A DNA stretch of 64,000 bases from Selaginella moellendorffii (Eukaryota; Plantae; Lycopodiophyta): NCBI RefSeq assembly GCF_000143415.4, contig NW_003314270.1, positions 1,977,048-2,041,047 of the forward strand, read 5' to 3'. Below the pieces are notes generated by a model. The model saw only the letters and a list, made by a program, of their open reading frames with translations. It had not been told where the DNA came from and searched no databases. Numbering within the stretch: position 1 is the first letter of the stretch; each line of letters begins with the position of its first letter. Shown here in pieces: positions 27,501-40,554 of the stretch. The translations under genes were made by a program, and so were the position numbers.

Positions 27501-30097
27501 AATTCATTGATCACTACTTTGACATTGTCCTTCCTCTCACGCATCTCACTCGCAAGGATGTTCCCTTCTCTTGGTCTACTGCTGCCCAGCACGCCTTCGA
27601 CACACTCAAGGTAGCCTTCAGTTCTGCTCCCGTTTTGATCCATGCTGATTCCTCACAACCTTTCTTCATCGAGGCTGACGCCTCCGACTTTGCCATCGGT
27701 GCTGTGTTGTCTCAACTCGGAGCAGATCAAGAACTTCATCCGGTCGCTTTCCATTCTCTGAAATTCCAGCTTGCGGAGATCAATTACGAAATCCACGACA
27801 AGGAGCTCCTTGCCATCGTGGATTCCTTTGGAGAGTGGCGCCGTTTCTTGGAGGGGGTGGGCCATCAAACAACAGTCTGGACGGATCACAAAAATCTCGA
27901 GTACTTTGCCACTTCTCGAGTTTTAAGCTGTCGTTAAGCAAGGTGGGCACAATTCCTGAGTCGGTTTGACTTTGTTATCAAGTACAGACCTGGAAAGCTT
28001 CAAGGCCTTCCTGATGCTCTTTCAAGGCGCTCCTATCTCAGTCTCAGGCCTGGTAATCCTGCCTTCAATCAATAGGATCAAATTATCCTCGGTCCTGATC
28101 GGCTTCAACTTATGGCAATTTCCCTAGCCCCTCAGGACTCCTCCTTGATGGATGCCATCAGAAACAATCTTCAATCCGATGATCTCGCCAGCGACATTTT
28201 CCCCCATCTTCAGGCTGGACACCCTGTGACTCCCGACTACCGGCGATTTGACGAGTTCAAGTTCTTAGATGGCTTATTATACCGTGGGGAGCAGCTTTAC
28301 GTTCCTAAAGGTGATGCTCGAAGGTTGGTCCTAATGGCGTGCCATGATAGCCCGACTGCTAGTCACTTCGGCATTGCGAAAACCTATGAGCTAGTTACAC
28401 GGGACTTTTGGTGGCCTCACATGGATGACTACATCAAAGCTTTTGTTACCTCTTGTGACACTTGCGCCCGGAATAAGGTACCTCGCCACCTTCCTTCAGG
28501 TTTGCTTCATTCCCTTCCAGTCCCTTCAAGTTTGCTTCGTTCCCTTCCGGTCCCTTCAGGTCCTTGGGAATCCATCTCCATGGATTTTTTGAGTGATCTT
28601 CTGAGTTCTGGAGGCTTCAACAACATTTTAGTCATGGTGGATCGCTTCACAAAGATGGCGCACTTCTTGCCATGTACCAAGGAGTTTTCGAGCGAGGACA
28701 TGGCAAAACTAGTATTCAGGGAATTTTTCCGACTTCATGGGATTCCTACAGATGTGGTTTCGGATCGGGGGCCTCAGTTCATCTCTCATTTCTGGCAACA
28801 GTTTTTGCAGCTGCTTGGAGTGAAGGCCAACCTCTCTTCGGCATATCATCCTCAAACTGATGGGCAGTCCGAGCGAACGATTCAGACGTTGGAACAATTC
28901 TTGAGGTGCTTCATCAACTATCATCAGGATAACTGGTTCGATATCCTTCCCCTTGCTAAGTTCTCCTATAACAACTATATCCACTCCTCTCTTCGAATTT
29001 CCCCCTTCTTTGCAAACTCTGGCCAAAATCCCTGATTCAATCTCTCACTTCCTTCTCCATCCGAATCCTCTCATTCAAATCCCCGCTCTGAGGCATTTGT
29101 CTCCAACCTCCAAGAAATCCACAACTCCATCTCCTTCCACCTCTATCGTGCTCAGGAATCTCACAAAACATTTGCCAATGTCCATCGTCAGGATTGTCCC
29201 CCTTACAATATCGGGGATAAAGTTTGGCTCCTCAGGCGAAATATCTCCACCACCAGGCCCTGTCCAAAACTTGATTTCAAACGCCTCGGTCCTTTCCCTA
29301 TCACTGCCATCATTAATCCTGTCACTTATCGCCTTGCACTTCCCTCCTCATATCAAATTCACCCTGTTTTTTATTCCTCTCTCCTTGAGCCTTATATTCC
29401 CAGTCCTATTCCCAATCGGGTCATTCCTCCACCTCCACCAGTGCAGCTCGAGGATGGGTCTGAGTACGTGGTTCAGGACATCCTTGATTCCAAGATTTCA
29501 CGGTCTAAACTCTACTATCTGGTCGACTGGAAGGGTTACGGGCCTGAAGAACGCACTTGGGAACCTATGGACAACCTGATTCATTCTCCTGACCTTGTTC
29601 AGGACTTCCACCACCGCTATCCTAGTCGTCCCAGTCCTCATTCTTTTTCTCCATCTCCCATCCCTCGCCGCTCATCTCATCCTCCTCGTCGTTCTCATTC
29701 ACATTCTCGTTCCACTCGTTCTTGAGGAGGGGGTGCTGTTAGGAATCCCCCAATTCTTGCCACATTCCTGACTCTCGCCGGATTCCTGACCTGCAGACCA
29801 CATTCCTGATTCTTGAGACACTTCCCTATTCCTGACTCTCAAGACACTTCCCGATTCCTCAGTCTCGAGCCACATTCCTAATATTGATGTGGCGCCTCCT
29901 CGACCTCAACTATATTTAGGCCGTCCTCGATCCAAGAGTGGTGGAGCTTCATCAACCTATAGTATATATAGGTTAGCCTTGTTCCATTTCTCCACAATCT
30001 GAATCAACGCCAGTCTAAGGCCTTTTCTTTATTTTCACTAGCTTTTTCTCTTTGTCTTTAGCATTTTCCAGCCTTGATCTTGTTGGGGGTCTTGACA
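24511..30097 (+). mobile_element. Chromovirus family B, copy B2, full length
   Basis: LTRs 24511-24897 and 29737-30097, perfect TSD GTGCC (24506-24510 and 30098-30102), PPT, gag, PR, RT (YLDD), RNaseH, integrase (HHCC zinc finger, DDE core) and chromodomain. Confidence 0.98.
25923..29725 (+). pseudogene. pol: pol of B2 (PR-RT-RH-IN-chromodomain) with a few premature stops
   Basis: ORFs 26090-27937, 28112-29035 and 29441-29725 (EYVVQDILDSKISRSKLYYLVDWKGYGPEERTWEP) lie in one frame broken by TAA/TAG/TGA. Confidence 0.93.
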
Positions 30098-33000
30098 GTG
30101 CCGAGTCAAGCTTTTGACCTCATTCTTGGTATGGATTGGTTGCAGCGCAATCATGCCAAGTGTGACTTTGAGGCTTCTCCCCTTTGTCTCATATTTCCTT
30201 ATGTTTCATCCATTACTCTCACTTCCATACCTCTTCGTCCCTCTACTTTTACCTCTGCTTCCATTACTTTTGTTCCCCCACTTTTTCCTTCTGTGTTTCC
30301 ATCTTGTTCTGCTTTTCCCTTTTCCGATCCCTCCGACGATCTTTGTGTTGCAGCAGTTGACCGGCTCATGAAGGAGTATTCTGATCTCTTTGAATTTGAC
30401 CCATCGTCTGGGGCCAAGATTGCCACACGTCATCTGATTCCAACCGGGGATGTTCGTCCAATCAAGGTTTCTATTCATCGTCGGTCACCTAAGGAGATCA
30501 AGATTTTACGAGCAAACGTCAAGGAAATGCTGGAGAAGGGTGTTATTCGGAAGTTGTGGAGTCCTTGGGCATGTGAACCTCATCTTGTGACGAAGCCTAA
30601 TGGGAGTATTCGTTTCTGCATCGACTATTGTCTGTTAAACGAAGTGACGATCCTAGATGTGTATCCTCTTCCTCACACTGCTGATCTCTTGCATCGTCTA
30701 GGGCGAAGTTGTTAGTTCACCAAGCTAGATCTTGCTTCTGGGTATTGGCAAGTACCGATGGCCGAAGAAGATATTCCTAAGACTACTTTTTGTACACCAT
30801 TTCGTTTGTATGAGTTCTTAGTGATGCCATTTGGTTTGAACAATGCTCCAGCAACTTTCCAGCAGATGATGGATGAGGTTCTTTGCGATATGCCGGAGGT
30901 AACTGCTGACTTCATTGATGATGTCTTGATCCACTCGGAGGGGACGTGGGAGGAGCATGTTTGTGATGTTTGTAAAGTGTTGGATCAGCTACGCGACGTT
31001 GGTTTAAAGCTGAAGCAGTCAAAGTGCGTGTTTGGGTCTAAGGACACAACTTATCTTGGGTACCGTATTTCTCGTGAGGGTTTGCAAATTGATCCTGACA
31101 AACTTGTGGCTGTTCTAAAGTCCCCTACTCCGAAGTGTGTGAATGATGTGCAACGCTTTTTGGGTAAGGTGCAGTATCTCGGTCGTTTTGTGGATCATCT
31201 TTCCGATCGCACTACACCATTGCGAGCGTTGCTAAAGTCATCAACGTCATCTTTCATCTGGTCTCCGGATTGTGAGCGGGCGTTCGTGGATCTCAAAGAG
31301 CTATTGACGACTCCTCCGGTTTTGGCATATCCTGACTACACTCGACCTTTTATTTTGCGCGTGGATGCTTCTGACATTGGTCTTGGAGGTGTGTTGATGC
31401 AAGAGAGCTCGAGTGTGTCTGGTCAACGCCATCCCATTGCATACATAAGCCGTACATTACAACCAGCGGAGATGAATTACTCCATGACGGAGAAGGAGTG
31501 TTTAGCAGCAGTCTGGGGTTTCAAGAAACTTCATGCATATCTACATGGTTCTCAGACATTACTTGAAGGTGACCATGCTGCTGTTACTTCATTATTGAAG
31601 CGGAAGAACCTGGTTGGTCGTACGGCTCGATGGGCTTTGAAGCTTCAGATATATGATTTCGATGTTGTTCATCGCCCAAGGAGTTCTATGGCTGATGCTG
31701 ATGCCCTTTCTCGAGCTCCTCGTCCTTCTCCACTCACTTCTCATGTTTCTGACGAACCTGTTGTTCTAGCATCTGTGGATTTTCTAGATGAGGATTCTGT
31801 GCCGTTGGCAGTTGCTGTCCTTGACGTTCAGTGTCCACAGGGCGCAGAGCAAGATCTACCTTCTCTTGATGAGGTTCATGAGGCTCAAAAGATTGAGCTA
31901 TGGATTCGAAGGCTTTAAGATGGGTTTGAGAATCCTGCATCACTTGCTGATGACTTGCTTTTCCGGCATTTACATTCTCAATATCACCTTGAAGATGGCC
32001 TTCTTTATTTTGTGGGGATGGATCATGATGATTATTTATAGTTGGTGGTGCCTTCGGTGTTTATTCTGCGGTTTCTCCATGCCTACCATAATTCTCCTGT
32101 TTTAGGTGGGCATATGGGACACCGTCGTGTCACCGAGAAGCTGCATAGGTCTTTCTATTGGCCGGAGATGTGACGTGATATTATCCGGTATGTGCGTAGC
32201 TGCGTTTGGTGCCAAGCTTGTAATACTCGCCCTCGTGCTGCGGAAGGACGGTTGGAGTCAATTGCGGTTTCCCGTCCGTTTGAGTTAGTGGCGTTTGATC
32301 TTATGGGACCTTTTCCACAATCGACTGCTGGCAATGAGTATGTTATTATTGCTTCTGACTACTTGATTCGTTGGGTGGAAGTTGGTGCTCTTGCTAACGC
32401 CTCTGCAACTACTGTTGGATACTTCCTCCTCAATCGAGTGGTGTTCCAGCATTCTTGTCCAGAGCGGATTCTTTCGGATAATGGTCCCGCATTTATGGCT
32501 GAGGCATTTCATGTTTTGACGTCTTGATTGGGGATATGCCACACTTTCACGAGTGCTTATTATCCACAATCAGACGGTCTGGTGGAACGGTTTGTTCGGA
32601 CATTCAAAGGGATGATTGCGAAGTATGTGAACTTTCAGCATTCGGATTGGGATGGTTATTTGCCGTCTCTTCGGTATGCATATGTTACAGGGGTGTAGAG
32701 TTCTGTTGGTGCTTCACCATATAAACAATTATATGGTCATGATCCAATATTACCAACGGAGCTGAGTTTACCTTCGCGATTGCCACAAGCTGCCGATACT
32801 AGATCATGGGATCAGTATTTGACAAGCATTCTTCCACTTGTCCGAGCAGAGTCTGCCGAACACTTAGGCCACGTACAAGTGGGACAACAACGGCGCTACA
32901 ACTCCCATCATCGTCCACCTGCGGAGTACAAAGTGGATGATTTGGTGTTAGTCCGTTTTCCCCATCTTACGGTACGTGGTTTATCTAAAGGGCTTCTTGC

Positions 33001-36000
33001 GCAATGGAAAGGACTGTATCAAGTGTTGCGGCAAGTTGGACCACAAGTTTATGAGGTTCGGCATGACGTTCAGCAAACCGATCCTCCAGAGATTGTGCAT
33101 GTGCAGCGGCTGAAATGCTTCATACAAAGGGATCAGGAGAAGTTAATACCACCTATAGATCCACTAATGCCTCCTCCTAACGTTCCTCTGGATCCTAGCC
33201 CATCTTCAAGAGAACTTTGATGGTCTTCCATTATCCCGAAAGGAGGGGATGATGTGAGGGCTAAGTGTACAGTTACGATGCCGTATACTAATATTAGCGT
33301 AGTGGGATTTTGGTAGCCGTCGGATTGGTTTTAATCTAGACCACTCGCTCCTGTATATAAGCTAGGGTTTTTGGGTTAATTAATATGCACATTTCTGTAT
33401 TCCCTTTCCATATTCCAAGCACTCACAATATATAATTTAAACCAATAATAATAATAATAATAAAGTCTGTGGATGGATTCCTTTTGTGGACACAAGACAT
33501 TTTTAAAGAGTTTAATCTATAGTGAGCCATGTTCTAGGCATTTTCCATAGTAATGAACTTGATCTCTACCCAAGTTGATAGAAAGAAGCCTTGCTTCTTT
33601 GAAAGGTAGTTTTTTCTTTTTTTTATTTCTACTTCTATTCATTGAATCACTTGTTTAATTTTTTTTCCTTTGCAATGGAAATGAGTATAACTATATTTTG
33701 TTCATAGACGGTATACTAACAATATCTTCCAGTGATCTTCCAACTTCCATCTAGGCACAAAATCAAGAAGTGTGAAATGAGTGGATTGGATCTTTGCCAA
33801 TATTTTCATGGTTCTGGAGCATAAAAAACTCTGGGTCATGCAAGGTTGGGTTCAGCTCTTTTTAGTTGGTCTAGACTCTAGTTCTCTCGCTTGGGTTCTT
33901 AGATACTAGTGATGGCATGACAGATGTTAAGATCACCATTGATGTGTTGTGGTGTTAGCGATCACTCAACCAAACGAGTAAAAGTTATCAAGCATTACCG
34001 TGTTGCTTGCACCAATTTTGGGAATTATCCTCTTTCGCTATAAGCACGTGGTATTGTAGCATCACATGTTTCTTTGGCCATTAGCTAGAACAGGTTGCTT
34101 AGGGACTAGGAGCTTGGGTGATACAAAATGATTTGGTTAAGGCTATGTCAATAATTAAACATTCAAAACACTTTTAAGGAGAAAGTTAGAGGCCACAATA
34201 TCATGATTTCATTGGCTCTGGCTTGCGTGCTCAAACATCCTTCATTTGGGAGCTTTTATGATGCATTACAGATACCACTATATTGACTTGGAGTGCTACC
34301 CCAAGGGCAACACATGAGGTAGGTGCTGGAAGTATCAATTTGGAGGATTTAAGGGTGAGTTAGCCAAATTACACAGCCATGATTATGACTCTTATGGTAG
34401 AGCACATGTGGTGCTCTTTTTTTTAGTTTTGATATCTAAGTTTGGAAATATTTCATAGAAGTATTCAAACTTCCTTTATCACTCTGGTAGATTTATCAGC
34501 TCTAGAAGAGAATAACACATCTAAAATTTTTGAAAATTACTATGATGAAGCATTGCTTTAACAAGATCATTTGGTACATGTATAATGAGTTTTATTCATT
34601 TCTTTTTCTTGGTGTGATGTGTGACTGTTTTGTGGCTTGCAGCATGGAAACAATGTAGATATCTGTCCATTTACCTTGACATTACAAATTCCACAACTTT
34701 GCCTTTGGATTGATTGCAATTTGTCATTAGCCAGTTTAAGCAAAAGCTTTATATGTGCAAAACTACTATAGCTAAGGAGTAGTCAAGATTTAATGTTGAG
34801 TGTTTTGTCTAGATATCTAGGCTTACATATCACCTCACAAGCTTATAAAGGATGTACAGGCAGATGTAAATGTTTGGAAGGTGATGGATTATTGAGTTTA
34901 CAATTTAAAAAAAGAGATTGGTTTTATTAGGTTGAAGAATCAAGGAGCAACCTATTACATAAACTTGCTAATTCATATATATTACAGCCATAAGGTAACT
35001 TTGATCTCTTATCACTAAACAAACAAGACACACTATTCATTCAACAAGAAGAAAAATTGTTACTTGACAGTTCTCTAAGTATTGGGTAGTTTATTTGCAG
35101 ATCTAAGGCATACCACATTACTTGTCCCCAAGGCAATTGAGATCTTAAAACTAGGGGAAGATTTGATGATGTCAGGAAGTCCATGTTAAGGGATATTGGT
35201 TATAGTAATGTTGTATCCAGGTTTGTCTCAAAAGTAGCTTGGCTGCATGGGGAGGAGGCAGTGCCACTGGATGAGCACAAAAGCACATGCTTTGATGCCA
35301 TGCTTGTGAGATGACATCCCTTTGATATGGATGAAACATTGTTTCTGGAGTTAGCACTCTACTACATCAGCTACCTATCCAATGCCAAGAGGAGTGCTTG
35401 TACTACAATGCTAGGCTGGGACAATGTGCTAATTAGTATTATTTTTTAATCTAATAAATCAAATAAATATAAACATGTTTAGAATAAAATAGAATATAGT
35501 AGGAATGTTTAGGATCATGTAACCATGGTCACAAGCGCATGCCTAGTGTATTAGAAGCCCTTTTTAGTGATGCCATCAACAGCTAATAGTGGACAACAAC
35601 CAACATATCAAGGCCCATGGCTAACACTCTTTTGGTAAGTAATGTCTACAATGTCTATTTTAGTTGCTCTTTTAATCTAGGTGAATCTATGAGTGTCAAT
35701 CTAAACTCTAGCCAATCTCTGAAAGAATTATGAATGCCACATGGGAGTAGCCAAGCTCTTCAACAAGAACAAAAGTTTGATCCAAAAGAGTAAATTCCTG
35801 TAGCAACAACAAGTGCTAAATGAAATTATTAGCAGATTGATAAAAGTTTTGGCATTGTATAGCACACTGAATGAGCTAGAGCATGTGATCCTACTGTCAA
35901 AAAAGAGGAGATGACATAGTTGCAAATGTGGCTGCATATGACATGCACCTATATACAAAGTATATCCCATGTAAATAATAGCAATTAAAATATGATTGTG

Positions 36001-36149
36001 TGTATTATAATATTATGTGTAATTGAAAAAATAAATAAAATACATATGTATAAAAGATGCACCCATATCCAATTACATATTTTTTGTCATAAGAACTGAA
36101 TTTTACAATATAATAATTAAAATTAAAATTTATAAATTAGTTTTAATAG

Positions 36150-36365
36150 ACACGATGCATATATTACTATATTAGTATAGTGGGATTTTAGTAGCTGTCA
36201 TATTGGGTTTAATTTAGACCACTTGCTCTTGTATAATAAATTAAGGTTTTGATTGAATTTAATATGCACATTTTTTATTCCAAACACTTATATTGGTGGA
36301 GATGAGGGGCAATTTAGATTATCACTAACTTTTGTTTAAATTTAACTTTTGCATGTCTAAATCTC
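36150..36365 (+). mobile_element. Highly decayed family-A LTR plus PBS remnant
   Basis: TAGTGGGATTTTAGTAGC...AATATGCACATTT...CCAAACACTTATA followed by TTGGTGGAGATGAGGGGC. Confidence 0.75.
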
Positions 36366-36415
36366 TCTTATTGTCATAATTTTTTTAATTTCTTTTCTTT
36401 ACTTTCTTTTTATAT

Positions 36416-37534
36416 TGTAGCGCACGTGGTTTTTACCCTTTATCTTATGGTGATTTACCATAGGATAACCACAAAATGGAACTTAAACCCTTCATATGCC
36501 ACGTGTCCAAAGGACATTGGTGTGGAACCCAAATTTTAGAGCCTTGGGCTACTAAATGAAGGAAAGGTGCCAAACTCCTAAGCATAGAGCCGAGGAATAA
36601 TGAAACCGAACCACGAAGTAACTCTTGAGCATACAGCTCAAGGAGCAAAGGGATAGGAGCACGAAACGACTTGGAACAGTCCTAAAGTATTTAGCATTCC
36701 AATGTTAGGACCGGCATGCAAAATGGAGCCAAATGGAGTTTAGCACTATTTTGGCATACTAGTGGCCTAACACAAGGATATGGGTACTCCACTAGCTAGC
36801 ATGGAATGGAACTTGGGCTTAGACCCAAGCCAGACGTAAAACAAGGACAAGCATGCAAGCAGGAGTTAAACTATGTCTCAGGTTTGTTGGATATGCCCAA
36901 CCTATCCACCATCCCTACTATAAATTTGGAACCCCCCACAGCTGCCTCCTTCCCCCCCTGAGGAACACATGCTTTGGGCTTTCACCCCAACCCTCCCTTA
37001 GTATTAGAAGTTAGTCTCTAGGATAAGCTTTAAACCTACTAAATATGGAATGGCGCTAGATTGTAAATTTGAACATGGGACGAACACCATTGTGTTGAGG
37101 TTAATCTCTACATTCCATAGATATGCCAAATGAGCAAATCTAGACACTTTCCATAATTACCATTTGAGACCGAATTGAGACTAACATAAAAGGCATGATA
37201 TCGAGGGTGTTTCGCAGACATAGTAAGCTATCATTTAGCAAATATTAAGGGACTAAGCTCAATATTGCGAGGGTTCTTGATACTAGCAAGTGCAAGCCAA
37301 TGCAACAAGTTTCTCAAATCAGGCCGAGTATGCTTAGCAAGAAACACATAGGGTTCCTACCTTATGTTTATCCAATTTAAGTACATGGTTATTGATCAGT
37401 TTTTCAACTATCTCAAGTGGGAACTGAGAACGGGTCCAACAATACCAACCTCCTACCGTCATAGCAGTAAGGAAAGAATATCTGAAAGGACAGCCGATAA
37501 ATAACTTTCAGTACCCGAAGTCACATTTGCTATA
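36416..37534 (-). mobile_element. Solo LTR of family C (~1.1 kb)
   Basis: Similar to 3198-4312, with TGTAGC...GCTATA ends flanked by TATAT on both sides. Confidence 0.8.
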
Positions 37535-38448
37535 TATATTCATTCATGGTTGAGTACATATTCCTCCTTTACAACAACCTCTTTCTTTGTCCATAAAGCA
37601 ACAACTCATATAACTACTTAATGTTATGCAAGTGTATATGAACAATCAAACTTAGTTAATGGGAGTGTTAATAATACATGGCATAGCCCCTCCAAATTTC
37701 TTCCTTAGAAACCATAAGGATAATGTGTACCATTGGTTTAATTATTCACCATAATTGCCAAGATGATATTTAGCATGTATGTGAGTTTCACAAATATCTT
37801 CAAAGGATAGCATTGTTCTAATATAATACTTTTAGCATGGCAACTCATGGAAATTAGAGCATTATTTTATATATTTTTAAGCATGCATTTAGACATGTTG
37901 ACAACTATGACAATCTCTTTTAAAAATTGCATCATCCTTGTTAAGGGACATTTAACTTCATTATACAATTTAGTGTTTATTTCTAGATCCTCTTGCTTTC
38001 GGTGAAGCTAAATATATCAAAACAAATTAAATTAGGCATATTATAACTAACACCATCAATACCTTGTAGGGTTTATTCATGCATAATGCTCTTCGCTAAT
38101 GTAACACTATTAGACTTCACCTCTTCTACTTGTAATTATACATGCTCCAACTCTTCAGGGATAATCTACTTCAATATCATTGTAAAATGATTTTGTGAGA
38201 ACTAATTTAATTAATCATTTATAGTTGAAGCTCTATTTCGTTAAAGTGGGAATTGTCATTATCCCACTTGTAAAATAAGGTTTCCAAACCTTTATATAAT
38301 ATATAAATATAACAAAATTCAACTGCATTGAGGCACATGCCATTTTATTTTAAACAAGGAAATGTCTACTCAATCACTTCTCCTCCCCCTGCCACTGCTT
38401 CACCTCTCTTTTCTCCTTGTCATCGTCGTCCAATTTCTTTCCATCCTT

Positions 38449-40554
38449 TTAATATTGGCTCAGTTGCTCTGAGTCTAGGTGGAGCCCAAGTCCCCATTCA
38501 ATCTTTACTTTCCCCTTATTAATAAAATAACTTCGTAGACTTCCAATAACATGCTGTAACACTTCTAGTATAATGCAAATCCTCTCAAAGAATTGTCTTT
38601 TAATATTAATACAATGGCATGGAACCCCATGCTCATCTCCGCGGGAAATGATGCTCCTCCATCTTTGATCCTCATTCGAATTCACGTATACCCGGTAAGG
38701 TTCTCGATAGGCCTCTGTTGCGGGGTCGAGCTGTTTTTGAAGCCGGTGGTCGACATCCCTCTTAATGAAATTTGGATACTGATCCAACTTCTCAGCTTTA
38801 CTTTTCGTGGCATCCCGCAGCAGATCGATGAACTTGGGGGCCCCCTTCATGTACTCGTCGATGTCTTCATTTGACAACTCCAGCTCTTCCATCATCTCTT
38901 GCGTGGTGTCGATGCTCACCCTCTCCACGGCCACTTGCTCGAAGATCCAATCCTTCAATAGCGCATGAGCTCTCAGAGTCGTGCACAAGTCCTCGTATGT
39001 CACAATATGGCCAGGAATCATTTTGGTCTTGTTGAAGACTACCTCACCACGTAGAAGAGCATTAGCCACTGTCAGAAGGTCGTCGTCGTCTAGAGACCGC
39101 GAGAAACGCAAGGCGTTGAGCTTCAAATCATTGGGCTTCTGGCCGTCCTCCACACCCATTGAGTTTAGCAACTCCCCGTCATGGTACCTCCTCAGCACAT
39201 CTACCCATTTGTCAAAAACAACTTTTGTCGCGAGTAGAATGTTATGGATGCTGAGTGTGTCATTGACCCCCAGTGTTTTCGAGAGAAGACTCGAAAATTC
39301 CTGCAATGGAAATGGCGTGAGGCCACATGCTATGCCACATGCAACGAGGCTTACCTGCCAGGCGCTAGTTGCTAGTGCACGTCCTTGTCCTGGTTTTTGT
39401 GGCTTCTTCAGTTGAACCCAGAGCTTCCGTGTTCGTGCCAATGTCTCGTGCAGACCCGATTTGTAGCACGTTTCTTGCTTGACATTCTGCGCGTGGGAGA
39501 TGTATATGATAGATCGAAAGGGCGAGTTGCCTTTTATCAGGCGGACAACTCTTGTCTTGAAGACTTTCTTCACCTCCTCACCCACCATAATATCCACAAC
39601 TATCTCTTGCATCGCCAAGCTAGAATGCTGTTCGGAGACGGCATAGAACTGGATGTTCTGATCGTCCAACACCTTCCTATTGATCAAGTCTGGAAACCTC
39701 GTCTCGCCCTTCATTGTTCGGTAGTAGGGGATCACGTCTGCAATGTCGGGTGTTACTGGACTTGCCAGCATCTTCTGCTTCAGTTTCTCCACCCACTCAT
39801 CAGATACTAGCCTGTGGTTGTATTTGCTTTGGATGTCGATGTGGCTCACGTCAATTGTATATACTTTGTTGGAATAGTAACAAGTACTATTATCTGCGAC
39901 GATTTTTGCTGCCTCTTCTTGCTCTTTCTGCTCTTTGTGGCTCTTCTTTTTGGTGGGTGTAGTGTTCGAACCCGAGGCAATGGCATCACCGAGTAGCTTC
40001 TTTTTTGGAGCAGGAGAGTCGGACGTCGGCTTGAGCTTGACCACCCTTTTCTGCTTCGGGGTAGTTTCCAGATCGACCCCCTTCCCCTTCGCTTCGCAAA
40101 CTGGAGTCACTCTCAACGGCTCAATGTTGGAATATAGTTTTTGAACATCGCCATAGGTGAGGTCCGTGGATTCCATGTGATCTTCATAGACCCGCAGCGT
40201 CTTTGAAATTGTGGGCCTCCTGGACAACCTTTCCCTAGCTCCCTCTAGGAATTCCTCATAGCCGCTGCCCCCCTCTGGGAAGCCGCTAGGATGTGCAAGG
40301 TGGATCTTGAAGGCGGATGCTGTCTCTACCACAAGTGCCAGTCCATATTCTTGCATGGAACTGCATGGAGTGTCTGTCACTTGGATGAGGATCCCCATGC
40401 ATTCTTTTCTCCCACCATCTGTGTTGTATAGCCTCAGATCCTCGCCTTCCATCCCAAAAGTCCAACTGGTGAGCTCCTCCCCCTTCTCTGCATCCACATT
40501 GATAGTGGCTGGAAGAAGAACGCAATTCCTCGCCTGTTCAGAAATGCACAACAA
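38449..40554 (-). CDS. Transposon accessory protein with a ParB/Sulfiredoxin-like domain (probably 3'-truncated; upstream exon near 40876-41200)
   Basis: 701-codon CpG-rich ORF with the motif YTIDVSHI...NHRLVSDEWVEKLKQKM...FYAVSEQHSSLAM, an in-frame 54-nt GT-AG intron (39302-39355) and a splice acceptor near 40534. The domain call is by motif resemblance only. Confidence 0.6.
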   Translation of the reverse strand: MLCISEQARNCVLLPATINVDAEKGEELTSWTFGMEGEDLRLYNTDGGRKECMGILIQVTDTPCSSMQEYGLALVVETASAFKIHLAHPSGFPEGGSGYEEFLEGARERLSRRPTISKTLRVYEDHMESTDLTYGDVQKLYSNIEPLRVTPVCEAKGKGVDLETTPKQKRVVKLKPTSDSPAPKKKLLGDAIASGSNTTPTKKKSHKEQKEQEEAAKIVADNSTCYYSNKVYTIDVSHIDIQSKYNHRLVSDEWVEKLKQKMLASPVTPDIADVIPYYRTMKGETRFPDLINRKVLDDQNIQFYAVSEQHSSLAMQEIVVDIMVGEEVKKVFKTRVVRLIKGNSPFRSIIYISHAQNVKQETCYKSGLHETLARTRKLWVQLKKPQKPGQGRALATSAWQVSLVACGIACGLTPFPLQEFSSLLSKTLGVNDTLSIHNILLATKVVFDKWVDVLRRYHDGELLNSMGVEDGQKPNDLKLNALRFSRSLDDDDLLTVANALLRGEVVFNKTKMIPGHIVTYEDLCTTLRAHALLKDWIFEQVAVERVSIDTTQEMMEELELSNEDIDEYMKGAPKFIDLLRDATKSKAEKLDQYPNFIKRDVDHRLQKQLDPATEAYREPYRVYVNSNEDQRWRSIISRGDEHGVPCHCINIKRQFFERICIILEVLQHVIGSLRSYFINKGKVKIEWGLGLHLDSEQLSQY

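Larger units (their letters stand above)
22824..33427 (+). mobile_element. Gypsy family A, copy A2, full length, with B2 nested in its protease region
   Basis: 175-bp LTRs at 22824-22998 and 33253-33427, TSD ATAT, PBS TGGTGGAGTTGAGGGG, PPT AAAGGAGGGGATGA, and gag-PR-RT(FIDD)-RH-IN order with stops. Confidence 0.97.
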
